Shown here: one piece after another, positions 20,752 to 30,130 of the stretch
How positions within the stretch are numbered: position 1 is the first letter of the stretch
How the letters are laid out: every line of letters starts with the position of its first letter
IMG/VR virus record: IMGVR_UViG_3300032164_000004
Coordinates: 12,685 to 76,684 of that record
Reading direction: 5' to 3' (one strand)
Length of the DNA: 64,000 nt
Source: a virus
Notes under the pieces: model-generated
What the model was told of the DNA's origin: nothing
The model's input: the letters and a program-made list of their open reading frames with translations, nothing else
The model's database searches: none
Translations under genes and position numbers: made by a program

Positions 20752-21359
20752 TTCCGATTACAAAAATAGAAAAAAAAGAATATGTTGGAGATGTTTTTGA
20801 TTTAACGGTAAATAATTCTCATTCATATTGTGCTAATAATAAAATAGTACATAATTCTTTATGTACAACCCGTATTAAAACTGGTTGCGGAATACCAACA
20901 TTTCAGTCGATTATGGATATATCCGGATATATGCGTACAGTTGGTGATCCTGTAGGTATTATCGCCGATGGCGGCATTAAATATTCTGGAGATGTGGTGA
21001 AGTGTTTAGCTGCTGGTGCGAGTGCGGTAATGGTTGGTAAATTATTTGCTGGTACGGATGAATCTCCTGGTTCGGTTATTAAAGCTGGTGATGGCGGACT
21101 TTATAAGATTTATAGAGGTAGTGCCTCATATGGTGATAAGAAACTTAGGGGTGAAGAAACAAATAATATTGAAGGTGAAGAAACGTTGGTACCGTATTCA
21201 TATGAAAATGTATCGGATATTATAAAAGATTTAAAGGATGGTTGTCGTTCTGGTTTCTCATACTGTGGCGCTTATAATATAACCGAGTTGCAGGAAAGAG
21301 CTGAATTCACCGAAATTACTAACAGTGGCTACATAGAATCAACACCTCATGGGAGATAA
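20730..21359 (+). CDS. C-intein (42 aa) fused to IMPDH/GMP reductase C-terminal part
   Basis: MLTKFKL...[21 protein letters not shown]|[29 protein letters not shown]. Confidence 0.9.
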   Translation: MLTKFKLVPITKIEKKEYVGDVFDLTVNNSHSYCANNKIVHNSLCTTRIKTGCGIPTFQSIMDISGYMRTVGDPVGIIADGGIKYSGDVVKCLAAGASAVMVGKLFAGTDESPGSVIKAGDGGLYKIYRGSASYGDKKLRGEETNNIEGEETLVPYSYENVSDIIKDLKDGCRSGFSYCGAYNITELQERAEFTEITNSGYIESTPHGR

Positions 21360-21525
21360 TTATGAAATTTAAAGCTGAATTTGTTGTTAGTCCTTCTGGA
21401 ACGTGGAAGATTTTGGTAGTTCCAGAAGATGAGTGCGCTAAAGGTTTAATAACGTTAGTTGATCCATTACAAATACGAGTTTCTAAACTCGGAGCAATGA
21501 TAGAAATTAGCGTGTTGGGTTATTA

Positions 21526-23133
21526 ATGTTAAATTATTGGACTAAAAATAATTTTATTATCGATGATCCTAAAATTAATCCAACATTTTATGAAATCCTT
21601 TCTATGAATGGGGTTCAATTAACTGAGTGGATTGATTTTATGCGTTCGGAAGTTTTACGTATATGGGATGAAGTTGATATACCACCACTTTCAGGAGCTT
21701 CCGAAGAAGAAATGATACAGGATTTTAGAGAAATGCAAGGTTTTCCTGTTTCTAAATTTCAAAGAACGGATGAATTAGATGGGCTGGATAATGTTATTTT
21801 GAATACGACATTAGGGTTGGGTTCGTGTGTTAATCAATGGTTTCCAACCATGATGAAATCAAAAATAAATTATAATACATCTATTAAAAATGGTGATAAA
21901 TTTAATGGATATTCTGTGTATGATCTTTTTAAAGATCCTAGATTTAGACGTAGAATGCAATTAGGATGCCGAAGGCATTTTAGACGTGATAGCTTTTATC
22001 GATATTCTATAAGCATCGAAAAAGAAACCGCCATGGGAATAGTACCATGTAAAACCGGATTAGATTGGATGAAAATTTTTCATAGTAATCCTAATATTTT
22101 TGAAGGTTATGATTTTTGGTTAAGTGAGGTTGATGTTACTAATGTAAAAGGATCTGGTTATACCGAAGTAAATCTTAATAAGTTTTTGTGGTTATCTAAA
22201 GATGAGGTGATATCTTCTTGGAAAGAAGGTTATTTAAATGATGCTTGTAGGATAGCTAATTTACCAAAGAAGTTGGATAACAACAAACAATATCACATTA
22301 GGTTCTTTAAAAAAGTAGATCGTTTATTTCCATTGGGTTTTACGGCGTTTAAGATTGGATATATTCAAGTCGCGGTAAATTTCCCTCCATTAACAGCGAA
22401 ATATCTTTATGAAAAATATACAGACCATATTAAAAAACAGAATCATATTATTTTATATGACCCTTCTTCAGGTTGGGGCGGACGTATTATTGGGGCTATG
22501 TCTGTTAGGGATCGCAATATTCATTATGTTGGCACAGATCCTAACACAGATAATGTTGTGGATAAATCGAGTAGCCGCTATGAATTGGTAGCCAATTTTT
22601 TTAATAATGCCGTACTTTCAAATAGTTTGAGGAGTTTTTGGGGCGAAACAGGACACACATTTGAAGTTTTTCAAGAATGTGCGGAAGATATTCATAATAA
22701 TCGGGATTTTAAAAAGTATAAAGGTAAATTGGATTTAGTGTTTACTAGTCCGCCGTATTTTAATAGAGAAGGATATTCAGAAGATAAGTCCCAATCGTTG
22801 TCGAAATATCCACAATATGATTCTTGGAGAGATAATTTTTTATATCCAACATTAAAAACTTGTGTTGAATATTTAAAGAAGGATAGATATTTACTTTGGA
22901 ATATTGCAGATATTAAAGTTGGTAGTTTATATTATCCTTTAGAAGAAGATTCTAAGAAAATTCTTTTAGATTTAGGTATGGAATTTATTGGTATTGAGAA
23001 GATGTGTTTGATGTCCATGCCTGGTTCCAATCGTATTGGTGATGATGGTAAACCAACAGCAAAGAATTTTTGTAAAGTAGAAGGTAAGTGGAGAAAATAT
23101 GAACCAATCTTTGTCTTTAGAAAACCAAAATGA
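21526..23133 (+). CDS. DNA amino-methyltransferase (N6-A/N4-C)
   Basis: YDPSSGWGGR (SAM binding) and FTSPPYF (catalytic) motifs. Confidence 0.8.
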   Translation: MLNYWTKNNFIIDDPKINPTFYEILSMNGVQLTEWIDFMRSEVLRIWDEVDIPPLSGASEEEMIQDFREMQGFPVSKFQRTDELDGLDNVILNTTLGLGSCVNQWFPTMMKSKINYNTSIKNGDKFNGYSVYDLFKDPRFRRRMQLGCRRHFRRDSFYRYSISIEKETAMGIVPCKTGLDWMKIFHSNPNIFEGYDFWLSEVDVTNVKGSGYTEVNLNKFLWLSKDEVISSWKEGYLNDACRIANLPKKLDNNKQYHIRFFKKVDRLFPLGFTAFKIGYIQVAVNFPPLTAKYLYEKYTDHIKKQNHIILYDPSSGWGGRIIGAMSVRDRNIHYVGTDPNTDNVVDKSSSRYELVANFFNNAVLSNSLRSFWGETGHTFEVFQECAEDIHNNRDFKKYKGKLDLVFTSPPYFNREGYSEDKSQSLSKYPQYDSWRDNFLYPTLKTCVEYLKKDRYLLWNIADIKVGSLYYPLEEDSKKILLDLGMEFIGIEKMCLMSMPGSNRIGDDGKPTAKNFCKVEGKWRKYEPIFVFRKPK

Positions 23134-23368
23134 TATTATAGATTCTATAGTAGATGAAGTTAAAATGGAAATGAAACGAGCCGTAGGTTTACACGGACCG
23201 ATGCGCGGACCACACGAAGGATATGCTGTTCTTCTTGAAGAGGTAGACGAAGTGTGGGATTTAGTTAAGGGTTATCCTAAAAGAGCTACTAAGGCTAAAA
23301 TGAGAAATGAAATGGTCCAAGTAGCTGCAATGGCTCTTAGATTCATTTATGATGTTTGTGATAATTAG
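23099..23368 (+). CDS. MazG-like all-alpha NTP pyrophosphatase
   Basis: HEGYAVLLEEVDEVW...EMVQVAAMA. Confidence 0.55.
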   Translation: MNQSLSLENQNDIIDSIVDEVKMEMKRAVGLHGPMRGPHEGYAVLLEEVDEVWDLVKGYPKRATKAKMRNEMVQVAAMALRFIYDVCDN

Positions 23369-23371
23369 AAA

Positions 23372-23986
23372 ATGGCTAATATTGGTTATGAAGTGGAATT
23401 TTGTCATGATTTAGATAGAAAAGCCATAATAAAAGAATTAAAGTCTTTATTTCCTAAAGAAAAATGGTGTTCGTATAAACAGAGATATCTTTCTAGGATG
23501 AAAGAGGACGCCAAGTATATGTTCACATTAGATTATGATTGGAGTATAGATGTTGATTTTGATAATCAACATCCATATGAGATTATAACTCCAGTTTGGC
23601 CTAAAACTACAAGTGTTTTAAATTTAATGAAGATTTTGGAATGGATTGAAGATAGCGGCGGAACAACTAATAAAACAACCTCTTTACATGTTAATATTGA
23701 TGTTCCTTTAATGAATAAAATTGATCCTATATCGTTGGTTGAATTAGTAAAAGAATATAAGTGGCTTAGGAAATTTAAAAGAATTAATAATATATTTTGT
23801 CTTCCTAATTATAAGAATTTACCGGATATTGATTTAGAGGAGAAATTTCTCGCTATTAGTTTTCGTAATTTTCCTAAGTACTTGGAATTTAGAATGATAG
23901 GAGGTAAAGATTATCATTTAAGAAATTTGGATATAATCGACGCTATTAATGCGTTTGTCGAGGCTATATTAAAGTCTAGACGGTAG
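23372..23986 (+). CDS. putative amidoligase (COOH-NH2 ligase family)
   Basis: IGYEVEF, EIITPV, SLHVN, YLEFRMIGG. Confidence 0.7.
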   Translation: MANIGYEVEFCHDLDRKAIIKELKSLFPKEKWCSYKQRYLSRMKEDAKYMFTLDYDWSIDVDFDNQHPYEIITPVWPKTTSVLNLMKILEWIEDSGGTTNKTTSLHVNIDVPLMNKIDPISLVELVKEYKWLRKFKRINNIFCLPNYKNLPDIDLEEKFLAISFRNFPKYLEFRMIGGKDYHLRNLDIIDAINAFVEAILKSRR

Positions 23987-24032
23987 TTGCTATTAATGAT
24001 AAATTGTGTTATAATAGAATATGAGGTGAATT

Positions 24033-24389
24033 ATGAGTAAAAAGGTTGAAATGGAAAAGCGGTCCTACCTAACGAGAGTGGCAGAAGATACGTTTTCTTC
24101 ATGTCTTAAGATTCTGGAAGCTAAAAATCACGATTATTCTAAGGGTGATGATGAATTTAGGAATTTTAAAATGATTGGGGTTTTGACGGACCGTATTAGT
24201 GTGGAAGATGGTATCTTAGTCCGTATAAGTGATAAGATTGCTAGAATAGCCAATCTTATGGATGGTACACAAGGACGAGTATTAGATGAAAAATTGGAAG
24301 ATACTATTAGGGATGCTATAAATTATTTGGTTATTTTATTAGCATATTTATCATCAGTAAGATTATTTGAAAGAGGAGAGAAAATATGA
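24033..24389 (+). CDS. nucleotide modification-associated domain protein (DUF1599/Nmad1-like)
   Basis: KNHDY, VRISDKIARI, DTIRDAINY. Confidence 0.7.
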   Translation: MSKKVEMEKRSYLTRVAEDTFSSCLKILEAKNHDYSKGDDEFRNFKMIGVLTDRISVEDGILVRISDKIARIANLMDGTQGRVLDEKLEDTIRDAINYLVILLAYLSSVRLFERGEKI

Positions 24390-25072
24390 AGTTGACACCC
24401 GATGCTGTTGTTATTTTAAAGAATTTTGCAGTTATTAACCAGAGTATGTTGTTTAAGAAAGGTAGTACGTTGAGTACTATTTCAGGACAAAAAAATACTT
24501 TGGCATTTGCAAAAGTGAAAGATAAGTTTCCCAAGGAATTTGCCATATATGATTTAAATACATTATTGAGCATATTAAGTTTGTATTCTGATCCTAATAT
24601 CGAAATCAAAGACAACCATCTTGAGATTTCTGGTGGGGAAACAAAATCATCCGTTAAGTTTTATTTTTCGGATCCATCTATGATTGTTCTTCCACCGGAA
24701 GATATTTCTAAGATGGAAAAGGTTATTAAATCTGCTGAAATTAATTTTAAATTTACCGAAGATGTTTTTCAAGCTATTCTAAAGGCTTCTGCTGTTTTAG
24801 GATCTCCTGAAATTGCCATAGAAAGTGATGGAAAAACTATTGATTTAGTTGCTCAGGATGTAAAGAATAGTACTTCGAATAGTTATTCGGTTAATGTTGG
24901 TGAAGGTAATGGTACCACATTTAAGATGATATTTAAGACCGATGCTTTAAAAATGCTTAAAGGATCTTATGATGTTAGTGTATCATCTGCTGGTATTTCT
25001 CATTTTAAGAATACTGAAATAGATTTGCAGTATTATATTTCGTTGGAAGCAACTTCGGTTTATATTACTTAG
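24386..25072 (+). CDS. gp45: sliding clamp
   Basis: ILKNFAVINQS, FAIYDLN..LS, YYISLE. Confidence 0.92.
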   Translation: MKLTPDAVVILKNFAVINQSMLFKKGSTLSTISGQKNTLAFAKVKDKFPKEFAIYDLNTLLSILSLYSDPNIEIKDNHLEISGGETKSSVKFYFSDPSMIVLPPEDISKMEKVIKSAEINFKFTEDVFQAILKASAVLGSPEIAIESDGKTIDLVAQDVKNSTSNSYSVNVGEGNGTTFKMIFKTDALKMLKGSYDVSVSSAGISHFKNTEIDLQYYISLEATSVYIT

Positions 25073-25083
25073 TTAATCCAAAT

Positions 25084-25160
25084 GGGGATGTTGACAAGTG
25101 GTTTAAGTCGCCGGCCCTTCAAGCCGGTTATCGTGGGTTCGAATCCCATCATCCCTACCA
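25084..25160 (+). tRNA. tRNA-Glu(UUC)
   Basis: Cloverleaf; anticodon arm CCGGC-CCTTCAA-GCCGG; CCA encoded. Confidence 0.9.
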
Positions 25161-25179
25161 TTTAAATCAAAAGGATATT

Positions 25180-25635
25180 ATGAGTTTAATTATTGATCCG
25201 GGTACGTTATCCGAAAATAAAATTACTTCAAAGATGTTAAGGGGATTACCAATTCCTCCGCCATCTGTTGTTGTTGTTAAGTCCTTGAATAAAAAGCAAA
25301 CAGATCCAGGATCACCGAAAAAAATCAGTAAGAAACTACACTGTATACATTGTGGAAGATTACGTGATGTTAAATTATCGACGGTAGCATTAAATTTGGA
25401 TGGTAAAGTTTCGATGATTTATCTTAGGGTGAAGAAGTTAAAGCGGTCTTTGAGAGAACGAAAAAAGATGAATATTCCGCCTTATTTCGTGGGTACGTGC
25501 GGAATATGTTTGGCAAATACTTATTATAAACTTAATCGAAATAATAAGTTTGAAGTGGAACAAAATTATAATGAAGAGGTGACAAATGCGTCCTCAGGTT
25601 TTATGGGTGGAGAAGTACCGGCCAACCAAGATTGA
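25180..25635 (+). CDS. hypothetical Zn-finger protein
   Basis: CIHC...CGIC. Confidence 0.5.
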   Translation: MSLIIDPGTLSENKITSKMLRGLPIPPPSVVVVKSLNKKQTDPGSPKKISKKLHCIHCGRLRDVKLSTVALNLDGKVSMIYLRVKKLKRSLRERKKMNIPPYFVGTCGICLANTYYKLNRNNKFEVEQNYNEEVTNASSGFMGGEVPANQD

Positions 25636-26530
25636 AGATTGTATTCTTCCTGAATCAATCAAAAAAACTTTCAGAGACATTGTAGCCAGTGGCGATCTCC
25701 CGACAAATTTTTTATTTAGTGGAGGTGCCGGCGTAGGTAAAACTACCGTTGCTCGCGCCTTAGCTAATGAATTGGGATTAGATTGTATGGTAGTTAATGC
25801 TAGTCAAGATGGTAATATCGACACTTTGAGAACTAAAATCCAACAGTTTGCTAGTACGGTTTCTCTTGTTGGCGGTAGGAAGATTCTTATTTTAGATGAA
25901 GCGGATTATTTAAATCCTAATTCTACACAACCCGCTTTACGTGGGTTTATGGAAGAATTTGCTCGCAATACGAGTTTTATTTTGACTTGTAATTTTAAGA
26001 ATCGAATCATTACTCCAATTTCTGGTTCTAGATGTTCGGTTATTGAGTTTCGTATACCTTTTGCGGATCGCCCGAAGTTGGCTGGTCAGTTTATGAAACG
26101 GGTAAAGTATATTTTAGCTCAAGAGAAGGTTGAATATACTGAAGCTGTTGTGGTCGAATTGATTAAGAAATTCTTTCCTGATTTTAGGCGAGTATTAAAT
26201 GAGTTACAGAGATATTCTGTTGGTGGTAAAATTGATGAGGGTTTGTTATCACAAATAAGTGATATAGCTCTTAGTGAATTGATTAAATCCTTAAGGGAAA
26301 AGAATTTTGATAAGGTAAGAAAGTGGGTTGCTCAAAACGTAGATAATGATCCTACTAGAATATTTAGGTCTTTGTATGATTCTTTGTATAGTGAGCTTAT
26401 TGAAGCATCTATACCACCGGCCATATTAATTTTAGCGGATTATCAATATAAAGCCGCGTTCGTGGCCGATATTGAGATAAATCTAGTGGCAGCATTGATT
26501 CAAATAATGGTGGAATGTGAATTTAAATGA
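25586..26530 (+). CDS. gp44: clamp loader large subunit
   Basis: LWVEKYRP, GGAGVGKTT, ILDEADYL. Confidence 0.95.
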   Translation: MRPQVLWVEKYRPTKIEDCILPESIKKTFRDIVASGDLPTNFLFSGGAGVGKTTVARALANELGLDCMVVNASQDGNIDTLRTKIQQFASTVSLVGGRKILILDEADYLNPNSTQPALRGFMEEFARNTSFILTCNFKNRIITPISGSRCSVIEFRIPFADRPKLAGQFMKRVKYILAQEKVEYTEAVVVELIKKFFPDFRRVLNELQRYSVGGKIDEGLLSQISDIALSELIKSLREKNFDKVRKWVAQNVDNDPTRIFRSLYDSLYSELIEASIPPAILILADYQYKAAFVADIEINLVAALIQIMVECEFK

Positions 26531-26721
26531 TAAATGATAAATGTTCTCGTTGCGGTAGACGAACTAATTATTTAATGGGATTAAATGAGTGTATGCGTTG
26601 TTACCAAGCATATTCTCATTTAACTCCACCGGAGGGATTAAAGATATATAAATATTTTATAGATACTATAGCAGAAAGTAATCCTATGGTTCAAAGTGTT
26701 GAATGGGTGGAAAAATTATAA
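26527..26721 (+). CDS. hypothetical small Cys-rich protein
   Basis: CSRC...CMRC. Confidence 0.4.
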   Translation: MINDKCSRCGRRTNYLMGLNECMRCYQAYSHLTPPEGLKIYKYFIDTIAESNPMVQSVEWVEKL

Positions 26722-26775
26722 TTAATTGAAAGTGGGAGGTAAATTGAGAGTTACCTATATTATGAAAAATTATGA

Positions 26776-27357
26776 ATGTTTGATAACGAACTTGAAAACA
26801 TATTTTATTCGTATGCGTTAGATGATAACAAGGTATTTGAACGGTTAACCTCAGGAAGTTTTTCCTTCAGAATATTAATTGCCCAACTAATGTCGGACCT
26901 AGTTGCGTCTGACAAGATCCGTGAAATGATAGTCGCAAAATACATGGGTCTAAAACATAATTCTACTAATAAAGGACATGATGCGATTGATCGGTTTGGT
27001 CGGTCTTGGGAAATAAAAACCGAACAGCGGAATGTTCTAAAATATAAGTTAGATGGAAAGAGTAAATGGCATAAAACTACCGATAAAAATTTGGATACTT
27101 ATAGAGATCAAAATATTTTACAGGCCGGTTTTATTGGGGGTAAGTTAGTTTATATAGTTTCGTTTTCTATCGATGAATCTGGAGTTTTAGATAGAATGAA
27201 ACGCGGAGCGAAGTCGGTAAATTATAGTTATATTAGTTGGGAGAAATTAACATCGTTGCAATTATTTTATTTAAATGATAAATATTTAAATGAGGATATC
27301 ATTATTCCTGGTCTAATTTATTTATTAGAGGATTTAGGTGAAGGTAAATGGATCTAA
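26776..27357 (+). CDS. putative PD-(D/E)XK nuclease inserted between gp44 and gp62
   Basis: GHDAID...WEIKT. Confidence 0.5.
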   Translation: MFDNELENIFYSYALDDNKVFERLTSGSFSFRILIAQLMSDLVASDKIREMIVAKYMGLKHNSTNKGHDAIDRFGRSWEIKTEQRNVLKYKLDGKSKWHKTTDKNLDTYRDQNILQAGFIGGKLVYIVSFSIDESGVLDRMKRGAKSVNYSYISWEKLTSLQLFYLNDKYLNEDIIIPGLIYLLEDLGEGKWI

Positions 27358-27758
27358 CAGCATATTTAAAGTCGTTGAATTCCCAAAAATTACATCTAAT
27401 GGATGATCCTGATACAGAAATTGAAGCTGAAAAGGATTATAGACCATACATAGTTAATAGATGTTTTAGTAATTTTCCTGATACTTTGTTACATGCTCAG
27501 GAGATGAATTTACATCCATTTTTAGATAATAGGATGCAATATGATTATCTGTTTTATGCGGTAAGAAAGCGATCTAGATTTAGTCCGTGGCATAAAGCTA
27601 TTAAACCAGAAGATTTGGATTTAGTTAAAGAATATTATGGTTTTAATAATACTAAAGCTAAAGAAGCTTTAAAGATATTGACCGATGATGAATTAGATGC
27701 AATAAGACTGGTTATGAATAAAGGTGGTTTAAAAAGAAAAATTAAGGAGGATGTATGA
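27348..27758 (+). CDS. gp62: clamp loader small subunit
   Basis: PYIVNRCFS.FPDT, QYDYL...RKRSRFSPW, VKEYYG. Confidence 0.92.
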   Translation: MDLTAYLKSLNSQKLHLMDDPDTEIEAEKDYRPYIVNRCFSNFPDTLLHAQEMNLHPFLDNRMQYDYLFYAVRKRSRFSPWHKAIKPEDLDLVKEYYGFNNTKAKEALKILTDDELDAIRLVMNKGGLKRKIKEDV

Positions 27759-28156
27759 GTGGTACTGAAAATATGATTGAGGTTTTACTAGAACATCCGG
27801 ATGATTTTTTAAAGGTACGGGAAACTTTGACGCGAATTGGAATTGCAAGTCGTAAAGAAAAAAAATTATTCCAAAGTTGTCATATTTTACATAAACAGGG
27901 ACATTATTATATTGTCCATTTTAAAGAATTATTCGTTTTGGATGGAAAAACGGCCGATTTTTCTGAAGATGATCGGGGGCGAAGAAACGCTATAATTAAA
28001 TTATTAATGGAATGGGGATTAATTATTTTGAAGAATCCTATTGAAGGACCATTTACTTCTTTGTCGCAAGTGAAGGTTATTTCATTTAAAGAAAAGAATG
28101 AATGGATGTTGATACAAAAGTATAATATTGGAAAAACTAAAAGAGTTGTGTCCTAG
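27755..28156 (+). CDS. regA: translational repressor RegA
   Basis: DDFLKVRETLTRIGIASRK...QSCHILHKQG.YYIVHFKELF. Confidence 0.97.
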   Translation: MSGTENMIEVLLEHPDDFLKVRETLTRIGIASRKEKKLFQSCHILHKQGHYYIVHFKELFVLDGKTADFSEDDRGRRNAIIKLLMEWGLIILKNPIEGPFTSLSQVKVISFKEKNEWMLIQKYNIGKTKRVVS

Positions 28157-28179
28157 ATATGATTGTGCTATAATTAACT

Positions 28180-28947
28180 ATGCGCGATAAACGCAAAGAA
28201 TATAATAAACGGAAACGATCTGGTTATAATCGATGGTTTACCAGAACCGCATTACATGTTAACCCAGATCAAGATTTAGATTATTATGAGGATTATGATA
28301 ATGTTTATAATCCTCATAATTCTCACGGTGGTACTTCATGGTTTCAGATTAGATTTAAAAGATGGTTAAACGCTCAAATTGGCCGTCATTGGGATGACGT
28401 ATATTCTGATATTTCCAAAATTTTTGAACACAGAACACGTAATTGGGTCGATTTCAAAAAATCTATACGTTGGTTGGTAAGAACCGATACTCATGTTAAT
28501 GATGATGGTTCGATATCAATTAACAAGCATCGTTGGTATGATAATCTATGTAACCAACTTTATGTTCATCCTATAACGGGTATTTTATGTTATAATGGTG
28601 GATATAATAGACACCATTGGTTGGAAATTTACGATGATGAGAAGGAGATTAATTTGATAAAGATTTCTCCTTCATTTGAATATGAAAAAATTGATGGTCA
28701 ATGGTATTCTATGGAATATAGGATTAATGACCCGAATGAAATTATCGGAGAGGTTATTATAAATGATAGGGTTGTTAATGTTATGGCCGGATCTAGACCG
28801 TTTTTTAGATCAAGACCATTAATTAAAAAGTATCAATTAGGACATGATGCGATTAAATGTTTACGTAAAGAACATTTTGTAAAAGGATTAAATAAGAAAT
28901 ATATCGAAAGGACTAGAAGAGAAACTCCTGTGGTGGATTTATTATGA
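28180..28947 (+). CDS. hypothetical protein
   Basis: GRHWDDVYSDI and LYVHPITGIL motifs; TATAAT 5 nt upstream of ATG. Confidence 0.6.
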   Translation: MRDKRKEYNKRKRSGYNRWFTRTALHVNPDQDLDYYEDYDNVYNPHNSHGGTSWFQIRFKRWLNAQIGRHWDDVYSDISKIFEHRTRNWVDFKKSIRWLVRTDTHVNDDGSISINKHRWYDNLCNQLYVHPITGILCYNGGYNRHHWLEIYDDEKEINLIKISPSFEYEKIDGQWYSMEYRINDPNEIIGEVIINDRVVNVMAGSRPFFRSRPLIKKYQLGHDAIKCLRKEHFVKGLNKKYIERTRRETPVVDLL

Positions 28948-29159
28948 TGTATAAAGAAGATGCTAAGGATATATTTGATTCGTTTGTTCGCTTAGGTAAG
29001 ACGGATGAAGAAATATTGGACTTTTTTAAAGTTAATTATGGTTTGATACCGAGAGAAACATTTAGGTATGTTTTAGAAAGATTGGAACAAAAGAAACAAA
29101 CGCAAACCCAGTTTTTAGCTGAAGAACCCTTTGATAGATTTATTCCGAGGGAGCTTTAA
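28944..29159 (+). CDS. hypothetical protein
   Basis: Coupled ORF. Confidence 0.4.
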   Translation: MMYKEDAKDIFDSFVRLGKTDEEILDFFKVNYGLIPRETFRYVLERLEQKKQTQTQFLAEEPFDRFIPREL

Positions 29160-29215
29160 TCCCCCAAGGACAAGAATACGATTCTAACTTACAATCTCTA
29201 AAAAAATGAGGATAT

Positions 29216-30130
29216 ATGATTGAACCTGTGATAGTACGTGGGCATATTGGTATTATTGTTGCCAGATTTCAAACTCCGGAATTAACTGAAGGTCATAAAG
29301 CACTTATAGAATTTGTTGAATCGAGACACGATAAAGTGGTTATCATTTTAGGATTAACAACTGGAAATCCTACAATGAAAAATCCTCTAGATTTTGCAAT
29401 TAGATCTAATATGATCCAAAAATCATATCCACTTATAATGGTTTTACCTATTAGAGATTGTAGATTGGATGTGGAGTGGTCTAAAAATTTAGATTTACTT
29501 TTAGATAGTGTATTTCCTACTGAAACTAAAGTTTTATATGGTAGTCGGGATAGTTTCATCGAAAATTATTATGGTAAGATTCCAACTGTTTCCTTAAATG
29601 AATATGGTTATAATATTTCAGCTTCCGCTTTACGAGAAGCTTCTTCACATAAGGTAGAAAATACCCCAGACTTTAGAAAAGGTATGTGTTATTCTATAGC
29701 TAATAGATTTAAAAATCCGTATCTTTGTGTTGATGTTGCCATAACACACCCCACAGATCATAGTGTGTTGTTATGTCAAAAACCAGGAGAAGAAATTTGT
29801 GGGCGGAGATTTGTTGGTGGATTTGTTGATGTTAATGATGATACATTAGAAGATGCGGTTATCAGGGAATGTAAGGAAGAAGTTGGATTAGATGTACGTG
29901 ATGTTGAATATATAAGTAATTTTACTGTTAGAGATTGGAGATATGTAGAGACTGAGGTTGGTATTAAAACTGTGTTATTTGAGGCGGAAGCTGTAAATGC
30001 ATATAATTTGGCTATGGATGATATATCTAACGCAAAATGGTTTGAAATTAATCCAATGTTATATAGTCTGATGGTACCAGAACACGAATCATTAATGAGA
30101 GCTTTTTTAGAGAGAGAATATTATGGATGA
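29216..30130 (+). CDS. natV: bifunctional NMN adenylyltransferase/Nudix hydrolase (NadM-Nudix)
   Basis: ARFQ...GH, YGSRDSF, ISAS; Nudix box GGFVD...EDAVIRECKEEVG. Confidence 0.88.
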   Translation: MIEPVIVRGHIGIIVARFQTPELTEGHKALIEFVESRHDKVVIILGLTTGNPTMKNPLDFAIRSNMIQKSYPLIMVLPIRDCRLDVEWSKNLDLLLDSVFPTETKVLYGSRDSFIENYYGKIPTVSLNEYGYNISASALREASSHKVENTPDFRKGMCYSIANRFKNPYLCVDVAITHPTDHSVLLCQKPGEEICGRRFVGGFVDVNDDTLEDAVIRECKEEVGLDVRDVEYISNFTVRDWRYVETEVGIKTVLFEAEAVNAYNLAMDDISNAKWFEINPMLYSLMVPEHESLMRAFLEREYYG

